Part shown: piece by piece, positions 18,541 to 29,596 of the stretch
How positions within the stretch are numbered: position 1 is the first letter of the stretch
Layout of the letters: the number at the start of each line of letters is the position of its first letter
DNA from: Gammaproteobacteria bacterium
GTDB taxonomy: Bacteria > Pseudomonadota > Gammaproteobacteria > Enterobacterales > Alteromonadaceae
DNA length: 64,000 bases
Assembly: GCA_018825965.1 (NCBI GenBank)
Contig: JAHKAA010000051.1
Span: 28,032 to 92,031 of the forward strand
Reading direction: 5' to 3'
Position numbers and translations under genes: made by a program
The notes under the pieces: generated by a model
Told to the model about the DNA's origin: nothing
What the model saw: the letters and a program-made list of their open reading frames with translations, nothing else
Databases searched by the model: none

Positions 18541-20541
18541 TTACTCCTTGCGGGCGTCTTTGGCTTTTTGAGCTGCCAGACGCTGTTGAACCCGTTTTTT
18601 TACTAACTCGCTGACCTGACCACTTAACTGCAAACTGGTGATCATGGCCGGTAAATTTTCTTCTAAATTAATGTTCAAGTTCACAGCCCGGCCTTTTTCA
18701 AAATCCGGGTTATTGCCTTCCAGTTTAAGCGCCAGTAATAACTGGCCCTCTTTGCTATAACTGACTCCGGCCGACAGCACTGAAAAATGAAAATTCTGCA
18801 GCGCCTGCACCACAATTTTCATGCCCTGATTCGACTGTGCCATAGCTATGGCTTTCTCAGACTGATAGGAAATTTTGCCACCAGGCTCTAAAGCAGCCAC
18901 CGAGCCTTGAGCTACTGTCAGTTTGCCTTGTTCTATGCTCAGAGGCAAAGTACCGGATAGAGTTCCCTGGCCTGTCATATCGGCGCCTGGATGCTGTTTC
19001 AATAATTCGGCTAACTGTAATTTATCCAGTTGCAGCAAGACCTTCGCATCTTTACTTAAATCAATTTTCTGCTGCGAAGCCTTCACCTGACCACCAAACA
19101 AAGCCAGTTGCAGTTGCTTCAGATCCAACTGACCTGTTAACCAGTCTGGCGCTTTGGTTTTGTATACAGCCTTAAGCTCTAAAGGCCCAAATACCAGACC
19201 ATGATTAACCTGCTGCAGCTTCAAATCATCAGTCTGAACAGTCCAGGCCGCACCCTGGCTGAACAAGGTTAAATTTGTGCTTAACGTTGTAAATACAGTT
19301 CTGTCGTAAATGCCACTTAAATCGCTCAGCACTAGATCGGTCTGTTGTTGTGTCAAAGCCATGCTGGCCAGATCAAACTCCAGCTGGCCTTTGCCTGACA
19401 GCTTGCCCTTTTGCAAGGTCAAAAGTTCAGGCCAAAATGGGCCCATTTGTAATGGATTACCTGCCAGAAAAAACAGTTCAGGTAAAATCCAGCTCAGACT
19501 GATGTTCTGCTCCGCCAGTTGTACTTTATGCTCCAATGACAAGGACTGACTGTTCGCCAGCCGACCTTCAACCTGTGCTTGCTGCTGTTGATACAAAGCA
19601 GTCCCAGCCCAGTTCCAATCCAGCGTGTTTAGCATCGCATGCTGCAGCTGTTTTACTTCAAGTACAACTTCAGTTTGTAATTGAGTATCTGCCAGCTGTG
19701 CCGGGTCTAGCTGCAGCTGCAAAGACTCAGCATTCAGCAGCAGTTGTTGTATCTTCAGATCAGGATGCTGATAACCGGATCTAAGCTGCAGTGGCTGAGT
19801 CGCTTCAAATTGCAGCTGGTCGTTTTGCCAGACAGCCCGGCCACTTAACTTTAAATCCAGTTCAGAGAACTGATGTTGTTGCCAGTTTAACTGGCTGCTT
19901 GCAAGGCTTAGTTCAAACTCTGGAATTTCTAATTGTTCAGCTCCTGGCTGGACCAAAGCTTTCAGGGTCAGCTTTATATCACCTACCCCTTCAACCGACA
20001 CAGCTTGTTGATTGGCCAGTTGCAGCTGTATCTGTTGGCTTGGTGCGCTGTAGGTTAAAGACCCCGTCAGCAAACAATAGGCGTTTTCAGCACTGTTGCT
20101 CAGCTTGCAGTTTAAACGGGCACAAGGTAACGAAACTTCAATCTGTTCAAAAGCTAACACTTCAGGTAACCAGAGTGGCAAAGTGGGCAGAGTGAAGGGC
20201 TTTTCTGATGCAGACTCAGAACCTGGTGCCAGCTGTAAATCCAGTTGAGCTTTTAAGGAGTGAGCCTTTACCAACTTGAAAGGCCAGGGCCAGCCAGTCC
20301 AGCCCAGTTCCAGTTGTTCAAGCTGCAGCTGCTGCTTGCCATAAAAAGGCAGTTGCACAGAAACTTGGGCAACACGCACCTGCCCCCATGATAAATCAAA
20401 GCCTTGCCACTTGGGGTTCAATTGGTTCCACCAGTACTGCAACTGAATAAAAGCAAACACCATGCCTGCCAGCAGTAATAGCAGCAAATTCCACTTTAAC
20501 CAGGATCTTGATTTTTTTACGCCTGAACCAGCCTTCGCCAC
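18541..20541 (-). CDS. ydbH: YdbH family (AsmA-like) intermembrane protein
   Basis: N-terminal TM and C-terminal G.LSGTLPL...ALQNFHF..L...LEG.NP...R.VNLNINLEENL; ydbH-ynbE-ydbL synteny. Confidence 0.8.
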   Translation of the reverse strand: MAKAGSGVKKSRSWLKWNLLLLLLAGMVFAFIQLQYWWNQLNPKWQGFDLSWGQVRVAQVSVQLPFYGKQQLQLEQLELGWTGWPWPFKLVKAHSLKAQLDLQLAPGSESASEKPFTLPTLPLWLPEVLAFEQIEVSLPCARLNCKLSNSAENAYCLLTGSLTYSAPSQQIQLQLANQQAVSVEGVGDIKLTLKALVQPGAEQLEIPEFELSLASSQLNWQQHQFSELDLKLSGRAVWQNDQLQFEATQPLQLRSGYQHPDLKIQQLLLNAESLQLQLDPAQLADTQLQTEVVLEVKQLQHAMLNTLDWNWAGTALYQQQQAQVEGRLANSQSLSLEHKVQLAEQNISLSWILPELFFLAGNPLQMGPFWPELLTLQKGKLSGKGQLEFDLASMALTQQQTDLVLSDLSGIYDRTVFTTLSTNLTLFSQGAAWTVQTDDLKLQQVNHGLVFGPLELKAVYKTKAPDWLTGQLDLKQLQLALFGGQVKASQQKIDLSKDAKVLLQLDKLQLAELLKQHPGADMTGQGTLSGTLPLSIEQGKLTVAQGSVAALEPGGKISYQSEKAIAMAQSNQGMKIVVQALQNFHFSVLSAGVSYSKEGQLLLALKLEGNNPDFEKGRAVNLNINLEENLPAMITSLQLSGQVSELVKKRVQQRLAAQKAKDARKE

Positions 20542-20744
20542 ATCATCCCCTTTTTGCTTACTTAAACTTTAAGCCTTTTGGCTGAATCGTCAGTGAATTC
20601 AGTCTGCCAGTCTGGCGCTAAAGTCAGACACTAACCAGCATTTTTGAGCCTGTCTCTCCGGCATTGTATCGTTTTGTTACATAGTTGTAGCTTTTTACCT
20701 TGCAGCAAACGTGTTTTAATTGTGCCATTTACAAGGAGGGACCA

Positions 20745-23585
20745 ATGAAAAAATCTAAACTGGCCTTTGCCATAGCTTTTGCTATTACCTTAACTGCCTG
20801 TGGCAGTCAGATCCAAACCAACTTACCTGCTGGCATCAAATTAATAGAACAATCTGAATCCCGGCAAGGCATTCATATTCCGTATAAAAAGTATCAGCTG
20901 GACAATGGCTTAACGTTAATAGTTCATGAAGATCATTCAGATCCGTTGGTGCATGTTGATGTGACTTATCATGTAGGTTCAGCCCGTGAAGAGTTAGGTA
21001 AATCTGGTTTTGCTCACTTTTTTGAACATATGATGTTTCAGGGTTCTGAAAACGTCGGTGATGAGGAACACTTCCGGATCATCACAGAAGCAGGTGGTAG
21101 CTTAAACGGTACTACTAACTCCGACCGCACTAATTATTTTGAAACTGTGCCCGTCAACCAGGTAGAAAAAATGCTCTGGTTAGAGGCTGACCGCATGGGT
21201 TTTTTGCTGGACGCCGTCACAGAGAAAAAATTTGAAGTACAACGCGAAACCGTGAAAAACGAACGGGGCCAGCGTATAGATAATCAGCCTTACGGCCGCT
21301 TAGGCGAACGCGTGGCTCAGGCTCTGTATCCGGATGGTCATCCTTATTCCTGGCCTGTGATAGGTTACATGGACGATTTAAACCGCGCCAACGTCAATGA
21401 CGTGAAAGCCTTTTTCCTGCGTTGGTATGGCCCAAACAACGCGACTTTAACTATAGGTGGTGCTGTTAAAGCAGAAGAAATATTACCTTTAGTACAAAAG
21501 TATTTTGGCTCTATTCCTCGTGGCCCTGAAGTCACAGCCGCGGCCAAAGTTGCGGTAAAACTGCCAGAAACCCGTTATATCTCCATGGAAGACAATGTCC
21601 ATTTACCGCTGCTGTACATCACTTATCCGACCGCTTACGCCAACCATAAAGACGAAGCAGCTTTGGATATTTTGTCGGAAATTTTAGGCGGCGGTAATAA
21701 CTCACTGCTGTATAAAAACCTGGTGAAAAACCAGGTGGCTGTGCAAGCTGCGGTGACTCACCCATGCCGTGAACTGGCTTGTGACTTTTCGTTATATGCC
21801 TTACCAAATCCAGCTTCAGGTAAAAACCTGGCCGATATAGAGCAGATCATCCGCGCCAGCCTGACTGAATTTGAACAAAGAGGCGTCACAGAGGACGACC
21901 TGTTAAAAGTAAAAGCAAAAATTGAAGCCGGCAGTATTTTTGGCTTGCAAAGCGTTGCAGGTAAAGTAAGTCAACTGGCTGCCAGCGAAACCTTTTTAGG
22001 TAAACCCGACACTATTGGCGACGATATAGCCCGTTATAACGCTGTCACCAAAGACGATGTGATGCGGGTGTACAATACGTACATTAAAAATCAGCACTCT
22101 GTGGTGATGAGTGTAGTGCCAAAAGGTCAAAGCCAGCTGATTGCCAAAGCGGATAACTTTAAGCCTGTGCAACATGATTTTGGTGGCCCTTCAACCACTA
22201 AAGCAGAAGATCTTCTGGTGCGTAAAGCCACGGATAATTTTGACCGCAGCAAACAGCCGGTGGCAGGTGTGAATCCAGCTGTTGAATTACCTGCGATCTG
22301 GACCACAGATCTGGGCAACGGTATTCAAGTGCTGGGCAGCCAAAGCACAGAAACCCCAACCACTTCTTTGTTGCTGAAAATTCCTGTGGGCAGTTACTAC
22401 GAAACCGCAGATAAAGCGGGTGTATCCGCTTTACTGGCTGCACTCTTAAATGAAAGCACCCAAAATTACAGCACAGAGCAAATGAGCCTTGAGCTGGAAA
22501 AGCTAGGCAGCAGCATCAGCATCAGCAGTGGTAACAGCTACATTGATGTCTTTGTCTCCAGCCTAAGTAAAAACCTGCCACAAACCTTAGTATTACTGGA
22601 AGAAAAACTACGTAATCCGGGTTTTAAAGCGGAAGACTTCAGCCGCCTGCAACAACAAACCTTACAAGGTATTCAGCACAGCGCCACTAACCCTGGTTAT
22701 ATTGCCGCAACGGCGTACAACAAAATGATGTTCGACGGCAGTATTGCAGCAGTGCCAAACGAGGGAACTCTGGAGTCTGTTAGTAAGCTGACGCTGGATG
22801 ATGTGAAGCACTGGCACCAGACTCACTTTAAACCAGCAGGCGGCCAGTTGATTGTCGTCTCTGATCTGCCTCAGGACACTGTAGCGACAGAGCTGAAAAA
22901 TCAGTTGGCAGACTGGCAAGGTAAAGGCCCGTCAATACAGGTTAATACAGGCAAAATGAAAGCTCAGCCAGGCACTATCTATCTGCTGGATAAACCTGAT
23001 GCGCCTCAGTCTGAGATCCGTATTGGTAAGCGTTCACTACCACAGGACATCACGGGGGAGTTTTATCAGGCCAGCTTAATGAACTTTGTCTTAGGTGGCA
23101 CTTTTAACAGCCGTATTAACCTGAATCTGCGTGAGGACAAGGGCTATACCTATGGTGCCCGCGCCAGCTTTATTGCAGATAAGTTTGCGGGTACTTACAC
23201 CGCATCTGCAGCAGTACGGGCTGATGCAACTGTTGATTCTATCCGTCAGTTTATCAACGAGATTGATGCTTTCAGGCAAAAAGGCATCCAGGATGACGAA
23301 CTGGCCTTTATGCGCCTGGCCATCAACCAATCGGATGCACTGAAATATGAAACCCCTAATGCCAAGTTAGGTTTTATGGCGCAAATTCTGGAGTTTAATT
23401 TAACGCCGGATTTTGTCCGTGAACGTAATCAAATTGTGTCCGGTATCAGTAAAGAACAAGTGAATGCTTTGGCAGCCAAACATCTGGATACCAAAGAAAT
23501 GATCATACTGGTAGTCGGAGATGCAAAACGCTTAACCACTGAACTGCAAACACTGGGTTATCCGGTGCAACAAATCAGTATGTAG
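20745..23585 (+). CDS. M16 family zinc metallopeptidase (pitrilysin/PqqL-like), lipoprotein
   Basis: Inverted zinc motif HFFEH, lipobox LTAC, NLNLREDKGYTYG; AAGGAG RBS before ATG 20745. Confidence 0.92.
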   Translation: MKKSKLAFAIAFAITLTACGSQIQTNLPAGIKLIEQSESRQGIHIPYKKYQLDNGLTLIVHEDHSDPLVHVDVTYHVGSAREELGKSGFAHFFEHMMFQGSENVGDEEHFRIITEAGGSLNGTTNSDRTNYFETVPVNQVEKMLWLEADRMGFLLDAVTEKKFEVQRETVKNERGQRIDNQPYGRLGERVAQALYPDGHPYSWPVIGYMDDLNRANVNDVKAFFLRWYGPNNATLTIGGAVKAEEILPLVQKYFGSIPRGPEVTAAAKVAVKLPETRYISMEDNVHLPLLYITYPTAYANHKDEAALDILSEILGGGNNSLLYKNLVKNQVAVQAAVTHPCRELACDFSLYALPNPASGKNLADIEQIIRASLTEFEQRGVTEDDLLKVKAKIEAGSIFGLQSVAGKVSQLAASETFLGKPDTIGDDIARYNAVTKDDVMRVYNTYIKNQHSVVMSVVPKGQSQLIAKADNFKPVQHDFGGPSTTKAEDLLVRKATDNFDRSKQPVAGVNPAVELPAIWTTDLGNGIQVLGSQSTETPTTSLLLKIPVGSYYETADKAGVSALLAALLNESTQNYSTEQMSLELEKLGSSISISSGNSYIDVFVSSLSKNLPQTLVLLEEKLRNPGFKAEDFSRLQQQTLQGIQHSATNPGYIAATAYNKMMFDGSIAAVPNEGTLESVSKLTLDDVKHWHQTHFKPAGGQLIVVSDLPQDTVATELKNQLADWQGKGPSIQVNTGKMKAQPGTIYLLDKPDAPQSEIRIGKRSLPQDITGEFYQASLMNFVLGGTFNSRINLNLREDKGYTYGARASFIADKFAGTYTASAAVRADATVDSIRQFINEIDAFRQKGIQDDELAFMRLAINQSDALKYETPNAKLGFMAQILEFNLTPDFVRERNQIVSGISKEQVNALAAKHLDTKEMIILVVGDAKRLTTELQTLGYPVQQISM

Positions 23586-23594
23586 AACCGCAAC

Positions 23595-23630
23595 TCCCGA
23601 TAAGGCCGACTTTGACTGGCCTTATCGGGA
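23595..23630. terminator. 13-bp stem hairpin (terminator or REP-like)
   Basis: TCCCGATAAGGCC-N10-GGCCTTATCGGGA just after the stop codon. Confidence 0.6.
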
Positions 23631-24027
23631 ACATAGTTTCAACTCATAACTGCATTTTATTCCCGTTGTTTGGTTACAATTTTCTACCATAATTTGATAG
23701 GTGAAAGCATTTTTGCCCGATACACTATGGCTGCGATTTTTCCGCTGATTAAAGCTTAAAAGCCCTGGAAAAGCAGTTTCTGGCTAGAGAGTCCGGGCTC
23801 CATTGCTTCATTTTTTCTTAAATTTTTATTAATTTATGACTAATCGTCACAAATTGACAAAAAACGTGGCAAACTAGCCTGCCCACTAAAATTGTGAGTA
23901 ATACATCAGATCAATACAAGGATCTGACATTAACCTGTAGATGGTTCTAATCCGAAAGTGCAGCAAAGTCGTAGTCTGAACGCTGAACCTTTTGGGTCCT
24001 TATTAACTTTTTAATCTGGTCACTGTT

Positions 24028-25146
24028 ATGAAAAGATTTAAATCCATTTTATTTGCCGTTCTGGGTCTGCTCTGTGTGTTTATGGTACTTGCAGGGGTCA
24101 AAGGTGGCCAGATTGCAGCCATGATCGAATCAGGCGAAACTTTTGTGCCCCCACCTGAGTACGTCAGCACTTTTAGTGTGGAACAACAAAGCTGGCCTAA
24201 TACCTACAACGCCATAGGCACAGTGCTGGCTGACGAAGGTATTGTGATTGCCGCCGAAGTGCCGGGCCGGGTGAAAAAAATCAGTTTCAGCAATGGTCAG
24301 CAAGTCACAAAAGGTACAGTGCTGATTGAACAGGAAGCCACTAACGAGCAAGCCCAGTTGCGTTCAGCTGAAGCCAGTTTAAAGTTAGCCAAAACAAGTT
24401 ATGACCGTTTGGTGCAGTTACGCCGCACTAATATCGCCACTCAAAGTGAGTTAGACAACGCCAAACAACAACTCGACAGCGCCTCTGCTCAAGTGGATAA
24501 CTTAAAAGCCACTTTGCAGAAAAAAGTGATTCGCGCCCCTTTTGATGGCCGTATTGGTATTCGTCAGGTGGATTTAGGCACTGACTTACAAACGGGCACA
24601 GCCATAGTGTCGTTGCAAGCCACCAACAAAGTGCGGGTAAATTTCCCTGTGCCACAAAACTGGCTGACGCAAATTACTAAAGGTTTACCTGTTGAAGTGT
24701 CTGTAGGCGAAGGTGCAGTGATAGTCAAAGGTGAAATCAGTGCTATAGGTGCTGAAATTAATACCAGCACCCGTAATGTCATAGTGCAGTCAGTGTTAGA
24801 CAACAGCACTGATGTGTTGATCCCAGGCATGGCCGTCTCTGCCACTGTCACCTTAACCGAACCTCATCAGTTATTGGTGGTGCCAAGCACAGCCATTATT
24901 TATGCCCCTTTTGGTGACACTGTATTTGTGGTCGAAAAAGATGATAAAGGCGGCTTAAAAGCTCGTCAGCAATTTATCCGTTTAGGCAAAGCCCGTGGTG
25001 ATTTTGTCGAAGTAGTTGACGGTTTAAAAGCCGGCGATCAGGTGGTGAGTGCAGGTGCATTTAAGCTGTTTAATGGTCAGTCTGTGGTACTGAGTAAAAC
25101 TCAGCCACCAGAGTTTAAAGCTGCGCCAACACCAGCTGACACCTGA
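24028..25146 (+). CDS. RND efflux periplasmic adaptor (MexV/MdtA-like)
   Basis: N-terminal TM, EVPGRV, IRAPFDGRIG, LIPGM and GLKAGDQVV. Confidence 0.9.
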   Translation: MKRFKSILFAVLGLLCVFMVLAGVKGGQIAAMIESGETFVPPPEYVSTFSVEQQSWPNTYNAIGTVLADEGIVIAAEVPGRVKKISFSNGQQVTKGTVLIEQEATNEQAQLRSAEASLKLAKTSYDRLVQLRRTNIATQSELDNAKQQLDSASAQVDNLKATLQKKVIRAPFDGRIGIRQVDLGTDLQTGTAIVSLQATNKVRVNFPVPQNWLTQITKGLPVEVSVGEGAVIVKGEISAIGAEINTSTRNVIVQSVLDNSTDVLIPGMAVSATVTLTEPHQLLVVPSTAIIYAPFGDTVFVVEKDDKGGLKARQQFIRLGKARGDFVEVVDGLKAGDQVVSAGAFKLFNGQSVVLSKTQPPEFKAAPTPADT

Positions 25147-25201
25147 TGTGTGGCCTCACATCCTAAATCATTGATCACCAGCCATTAACAATGAGCAGAT
25201 T

Positions 25202-28200
25202 ATGAACTTTACCGATATTTTTATTAAAAAGCCTGTACTGGCCATAGTGGTCAGCCTGCTGATATTGCTGGCTGGTTTCCAGTCGATGAGCAATATGACG
25301 GTACGACAGTACCCACGTTCAGATATAGCTGTGATAAAAATTACCACAGCTTATATAGGTGCCAATGCTGATTTAGTCCGTGGTTTTATCACCACGCCTA
25401 TAGAGCGCGCTATCGCCTCAGCTGGTGGCATTGACTACATCGAATCACAAAGCACTATGGGTGTTTCTACCGTCATAGCGCACTTGCATCTGAACTATGA
25501 CCCACTCAAAGCCATGACGGAAATCAGCGCTAAAGTGAATCAGGTGCGTGGTGATTTGCCGCCAGAAGCTGAAGTACCAGCTATTGCCATTGAAGCTGCA
25601 GACAGTGAGTTTGCAGCAGCTTATTTAAGTTTCAGTTCGGATATTCTGGAGCAAAACCAGATCACAGAGTTTTTAAGCCGCTCTGTCCAGCCGCGTTTAA
25701 TTGCCATCAGCGGTGTACAAAAAGCCGACATTTTAGGTGGCCGCACTTTTGCGATGCGGGTCTGGTTAAAACCAGAGCGTATGGCGGCTTTAGGCATCAC
25801 AGCTTCGGATGTACGCGCAGCTCTGACCGATAACAATGTGCAGGCCACTATAGGCCAAACCCGTGGTGCTTACACTCAGGTGAATTTACGCGCCAACACA
25901 GATATGAAAGGTGTTGACGAATTTAAACGCATGATTTTACGTCAGAATAACGACGGTATAGTGCGTTTATCTGATGTTGCCGATGTGGTGCTTGGCGCTG
26001 ACGACTACAATGTGGATGTGAATTATTCAGGTGAAACTGCCGTCTTTATGGGTGTTTTTGTTGCGCCTAATGCCAACTCGCTGGATGTGATTAAAGCGGT
26101 CACCAAAGAGATGGAAGCAATCCGGGCTGAGCTGCCTGGTGGTTTAACAGGCGAAGTCTCTTATGACGCCACTAAATACATTGAAGCAGCCATAGACGAT
26201 GTGGTGAAAACACTGGCCGAAACCCTGCTGATTATCGTAGTGGTGATTTTCCTGTTTTTAGGCTTCAGCCGCTCTGTGCTTATTCCTATTATCGCTATTC
26301 CGCTGTCGCTGATTGGTGCCATGTTTATTATGAAAGTCTTTGGCTTTTCCTTAAACCTGCTGACCTTATTGTCGATAGTGCTTTCTGTAGGTCTGGTGGT
26401 GGACGACGCTATCGTTATGGTGGAAAACATTGAACGCCATATTCAGAATGGCCTGAAACCATTTAAAGCAGCTTTAGTGGCGGCCCGTGAACTAGGTGGC
26501 CCTATTATTGCTATGACAGTAACGCTGATTTCGGTTTATGTGCCTATAGGTTTACAAGGTGGTTTAACAGGTACTTTATTCCGCGAATTTGCTATTACCC
26601 TGGCGGGTGCTGTGACTATTTCTGCGGTAGTGGCTATTACGCTGTCGCCCATGATGGCGTCCCGCATGTTAAAACCTCATACCAGCTTAAAAGCACCGCT
26701 GGATGGTATTTTCACCAGATTCCAGAGCTTTTACAGTCGTAAACTCGAAAGCAGTTTAAACAACAGAACAGGGGTTTATGTATTCTGGGTTGGCATTATG
26801 TTGCTCTGTGTGCCTTTATACAGCATGTCACCCAAAGAGCTGGCTCCGGTAGAAGATCAGGGCGTTATTTTTGGTATTGTCGACTCTCCAGCCAACTCTA
26901 CTGTGGATCAGTCCTCTTATTACGGCAAATACGTCAACGAAGCCTTTATGTCTGTGCCTGAAACCGACTTCACCTTCCAGATCACTTTTCCGACTGGTGG
27001 TTTTGGTGGCATGGTCACCAAGCCTTGGGCTGAACGTGAACGCACCGTCTTTGAAATGATGCCTGAAGTGCAACAAAAACTGGCGGAAATTTCAGGGGTA
27101 CGGATATTACCTATTACCCCAGCGGCTTTGCCAGGTGGTGGTAGTTTCCCTGTTGAATTTGTGATTGCCTCTACTGCGGACTCAAAAGAAATTTACGACT
27201 ATGCGCTGAAGCTGGAACAAGTGATGCGTGAAAGTGGAATGTTTCCATTCCAATTGATTGATATGAAAGTGGATCAGCCCGAGTATCAGCTGAATATCGA
27301 CCGCGATAAAGTGGCCGATTTAGGCTTGAATATGCGGGATGTAGTGCAGGATCTGGGCACTTTATTGGGTGGCGGTTACGTCAACCGCTTTAATATGTCG
27401 GGCCAAAGCTACAAAGTGATACCACAAGTGAAACGTCTGGAGCGTTTAACTCCTGATGATTTAACCAACCTCTATATCAAAGGCCCTGAAGGCCAGATGA
27501 TCAGAGTCGATCAAATTGCCAGCCTGAGCCACAGCACAGTGCCACGCAGCATCAACCGTATGCAGCAACTGAACGCAGTGAAAATCAGTGGTGTGACGAT
27601 AAAACCGCTGGATGAAACTTTAACCTTCCTTGAAACTGAAGCGAAGAAGTTACTGCCAAGTGGTTATTCTATTGATTACACAGGTGAATCGCGTCAGCTA
27701 AAACGTGAAGGCAATACCTTCCTGCCGGCCTTTACGCTGGCTGTGACTATGATTTTCCTGGTGCTGGCGGCTCAGTACAACAGCTTCCGTGATCCTATCG
27801 TCATTCTGCTTGGTTCAGTGCCGCTGGCTCTGTTTGGTGCTCTGGTCTTTACCTTCCTGAAGATCCCGGCGCCAATGCCATTTTTCACTGACGCTTTTAC
27901 CAGTACGCTCAATATCTATTCACAGGTGGGTTTAGTCACACTAGTGGGTTTGATAGCGCGGAACGGTATTCTGGTGGTGGAATTTGCCAACAAGCTGCAG
28001 GAGCAAGGCAGAACCAAACTGGAAGCCATTCGTGAAGCTTCTGTACTGCGTTTACGCCCTGTAGTCATGACCAGCTTCGCTACTATTGCCGGCCACACGC
28101 CGCTGATATTTGCTGAAGGTGCAGGCGCTGAGGCGAGGAATTCGATTGGTATAGTGCTGGTACTGGGCATGACCATAGGTACCTTTATGACGCTTTTTGT

Positions 28201-28297
28201 TTTACCTTCGGTTTATATGCTGATTGCCAAAGATCACAGCCATGACAAAGTCATGCTCGAAGATGATGAAGAAGAGCATCAGGTGAAACCAGCCTGA
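25202..28297 (+). CDS. RND efflux permease (MexW/MdtB-like)
   Basis: 1031 aa, FIKKPVLA, GLVVDDAIVMVENIER, ARNGILVVEFA and RLRPVVMT. Confidence 0.95.
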   Translation: MNFTDIFIKKPVLAIVVSLLILLAGFQSMSNMTVRQYPRSDIAVIKITTAYIGANADLVRGFITTPIERAIASAGGIDYIESQSTMGVSTVIAHLHLNYDPLKAMTEISAKVNQVRGDLPPEAEVPAIAIEAADSEFAAAYLSFSSDILEQNQITEFLSRSVQPRLIAISGVQKADILGGRTFAMRVWLKPERMAALGITASDVRAALTDNNVQATIGQTRGAYTQVNLRANTDMKGVDEFKRMILRQNNDGIVRLSDVADVVLGADDYNVDVNYSGETAVFMGVFVAPNANSLDVIKAVTKEMEAIRAELPGGLTGEVSYDATKYIEAAIDDVVKTLAETLLIIVVVIFLFLGFSRSVLIPIIAIPLSLIGAMFIMKVFGFSLNLLTLLSIVLSVGLVVDDAIVMVENIERHIQNGLKPFKAALVAARELGGPIIAMTVTLISVYVPIGLQGGLTGTLFREFAITLAGAVTISAVVAITLSPMMASRMLKPHTSLKAPLDGIFTRFQSFYSRKLESSLNNRTGVYVFWVGIMLLCVPLYSMSPKELAPVEDQGVIFGIVDSPANSTVDQSSYYGKYVNEAFMSVPETDFTFQITFPTGGFGGMVTKPWAERERTVFEMMPEVQQKLAEISGVRILPITPAALPGGGSFPVEFVIASTADSKEIYDYALKLEQVMRESGMFPFQLIDMKVDQPEYQLNIDRDKVADLGLNMRDVVQDLGTLLGGGYVNRFNMSGQSYKVIPQVKRLERLTPDDLTNLYIKGPEGQMIRVDQIASLSHSTVPRSINRMQQLNAVKISGVTIKPLDETLTFLETEAKKLLPSGYSIDYTGESRQLKREGNTFLPAFTLAVTMIFLVLAAQYNSFRDPIVILLGSVPLALFGALVFTFLKIPAPMPFFTDAFTSTLNIYSQVGLVTLVGLIARNGILVVEFANKLQEQGRTKLEAIREASVLRLRPVVMTSFATIAGHTPLIFAEGAGAEARNSIGIVLVLGMTIGTFMTLFVLPSVYMLIAKDHSHDKVMLEDDEEEHQVKPA

Positions 28298-28314
28298 CCA
28301 CTAGGGGTTGAACG

Positions 28315-28342
28315 AAGGGCTGACTCAGGTTAGCCCTTTTTT
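28315..28342 (+). terminator. Rho-independent terminator after the RND permease
   Basis: AAGGGCTGAC-tcag-GTTAGCCCTT followed by TTTT. Confidence 0.75.
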
Positions 28343-28385
28343 ATGGATACCAGCCTGTAACAGATTGATTCAGTGACTTGGCAAA

Positions 28386-28826
28386 CTACACAATAGCTTC
28401 GCTTCTAAACTCCTGCTGCTGATATTTTGATTTAAAGGACTCTGTGACATCCTGTAACTGCCCGTGATACAGCCGCAAAATACGTTGAGCTTTTACTATG
28501 GTTTGTGGTCTGTGAGCAATAATGATACGGGTAATTTTCAGTTGGCTGATCGCCTGATTCACCTGATGTTCAAGCTGCACATCCAAATGACTGGTGGCTT
28601 CATCCATAAACAGAACTTTGGGTTGACGATACAAAGCCCGTGCTAAGAACAGAGGTTGTTTTTGACCGCCAGATAAACTGTTGCCCATATCGCCAATCAG
28701 ACTGTTATAGCCCATAGAAATGGGGCTGAGCGCCAGCTCCAGATGGTTGGTAGCCAGCGGCATATCGGGGTCTTCCAGGCAGACCCGAAGTGCAGTTTCT
28801 TTACTTCGTACCACCTTTAATATCAT
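28386..28826 (-). pseudogene. 3' fragment of a peptidase-containing ABC exporter (CvaB-like)
   Basis: Only MGYNSLIGDMGNSLSGGQKQ..LARALYRQPKVLFMDEATSHLD..IIAHR is present; no Walker A, TM or C39 domain. Confidence 0.85.
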
Positions 28827-28968
28827 TCAACTCAACTTTGCTGAAAAATAAAAATCCAGATGTAATAGCAGTTATTCTATGCCATTCACATATTACAGGA
28901 CCAGGCCAAACTTTCGTGCAAGAAGCCAGGACCATCACCCTGCGTGAAATAAAATCTCACACAATAAA

Positions 28969-29163
28969 TCACTTATGTTTCCGACCTTCACCCCTGAACC
29001 TGCCTAAAATTCTTTTTTCGAAAAAGTAAAAATAAATAACTATCCATAACGTAAGAAAGAAAAACCTCAACCCCCAACTTTCCTGAGGTATCAAATCAAA
29101 ATAGAAAACAAAATAAGATACAAGGAAAGTTAACACAAGGTACAAAAAGCGAAAAATCACCAT
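28969..29163 (-). CDS. Small two-TM membrane protein (immunity-like candidate)
   Basis: 64 aa, two F/L-rich helices and a basic tail; start overlaps the stop of the upstream ORF. Confidence 0.45.
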   Translation of the reverse strand: MVIFRFLYLVLTFLVSYFVFYFDLIPQESWGLRFFFLTLWIVIYFYFFEKRILGRFRGEGRKHK

Positions 29164-29284
29164 ATAGCTTCACACTCATATGAAAGGGTGCACAACGTAC
29201 ATCCAATTAAAATCCAGAAAAAATTAATATGGACCCATGGATTAAATCCTGAGCCAGGCATATCGGGCTCCTGAGGTCTGAGTT

Positions 29285-29596
29285 GTCCTGACTGGATAAC
29301 CTCATAAGCCCTGGTGGGAAGCAGCAAAATAGCTTCCAGTTTTGCACCCAGCGGCATAATGGTTAGCAGAGCGAAACTATTTTGGCTAAACCTGTATCAG
29401 GTTTTAAATAACCCATTACTGTTTCTTTACGATGAAAGGAGCTCTGACTTAAAAAGCTAATGATTACAACGACAAGCAGCAGAAAAACAAGGGGCAGTAC
29501 ACTGCTGCTTATAGGTTGGGCAATAATAACTTCACCATCCAATCTGGCGGCTTGCTGCTTTACTGCAGCTGTACGAAAAAAATCCATTTCAGACAT
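29285..29596 (-). pseudogene. HlyD/CvaA-type secretion adaptor, internally deleted
   Basis: N-terminus FFRTAAVKQQ..RLDGEVIIAQP..RKETVMGYLKPDTG is fused out of frame near 29375 to the C-terminal motif LLTIMPLGAKLEAILLLPTRAY..IQSGQ. Confidence 0.8.

Noticed and set aside
23837-23859. TGAC-N5-GTCA palindrome next to TTGACA upstream of the RND operon
   Set aside because: No -10 box at the proper spacing and no linked regulator; too short to call.
28830-28965. Possible further gene fragment inside the decayed export locus
   Set aside because: Frames examined contain stops and no recognisable motif.
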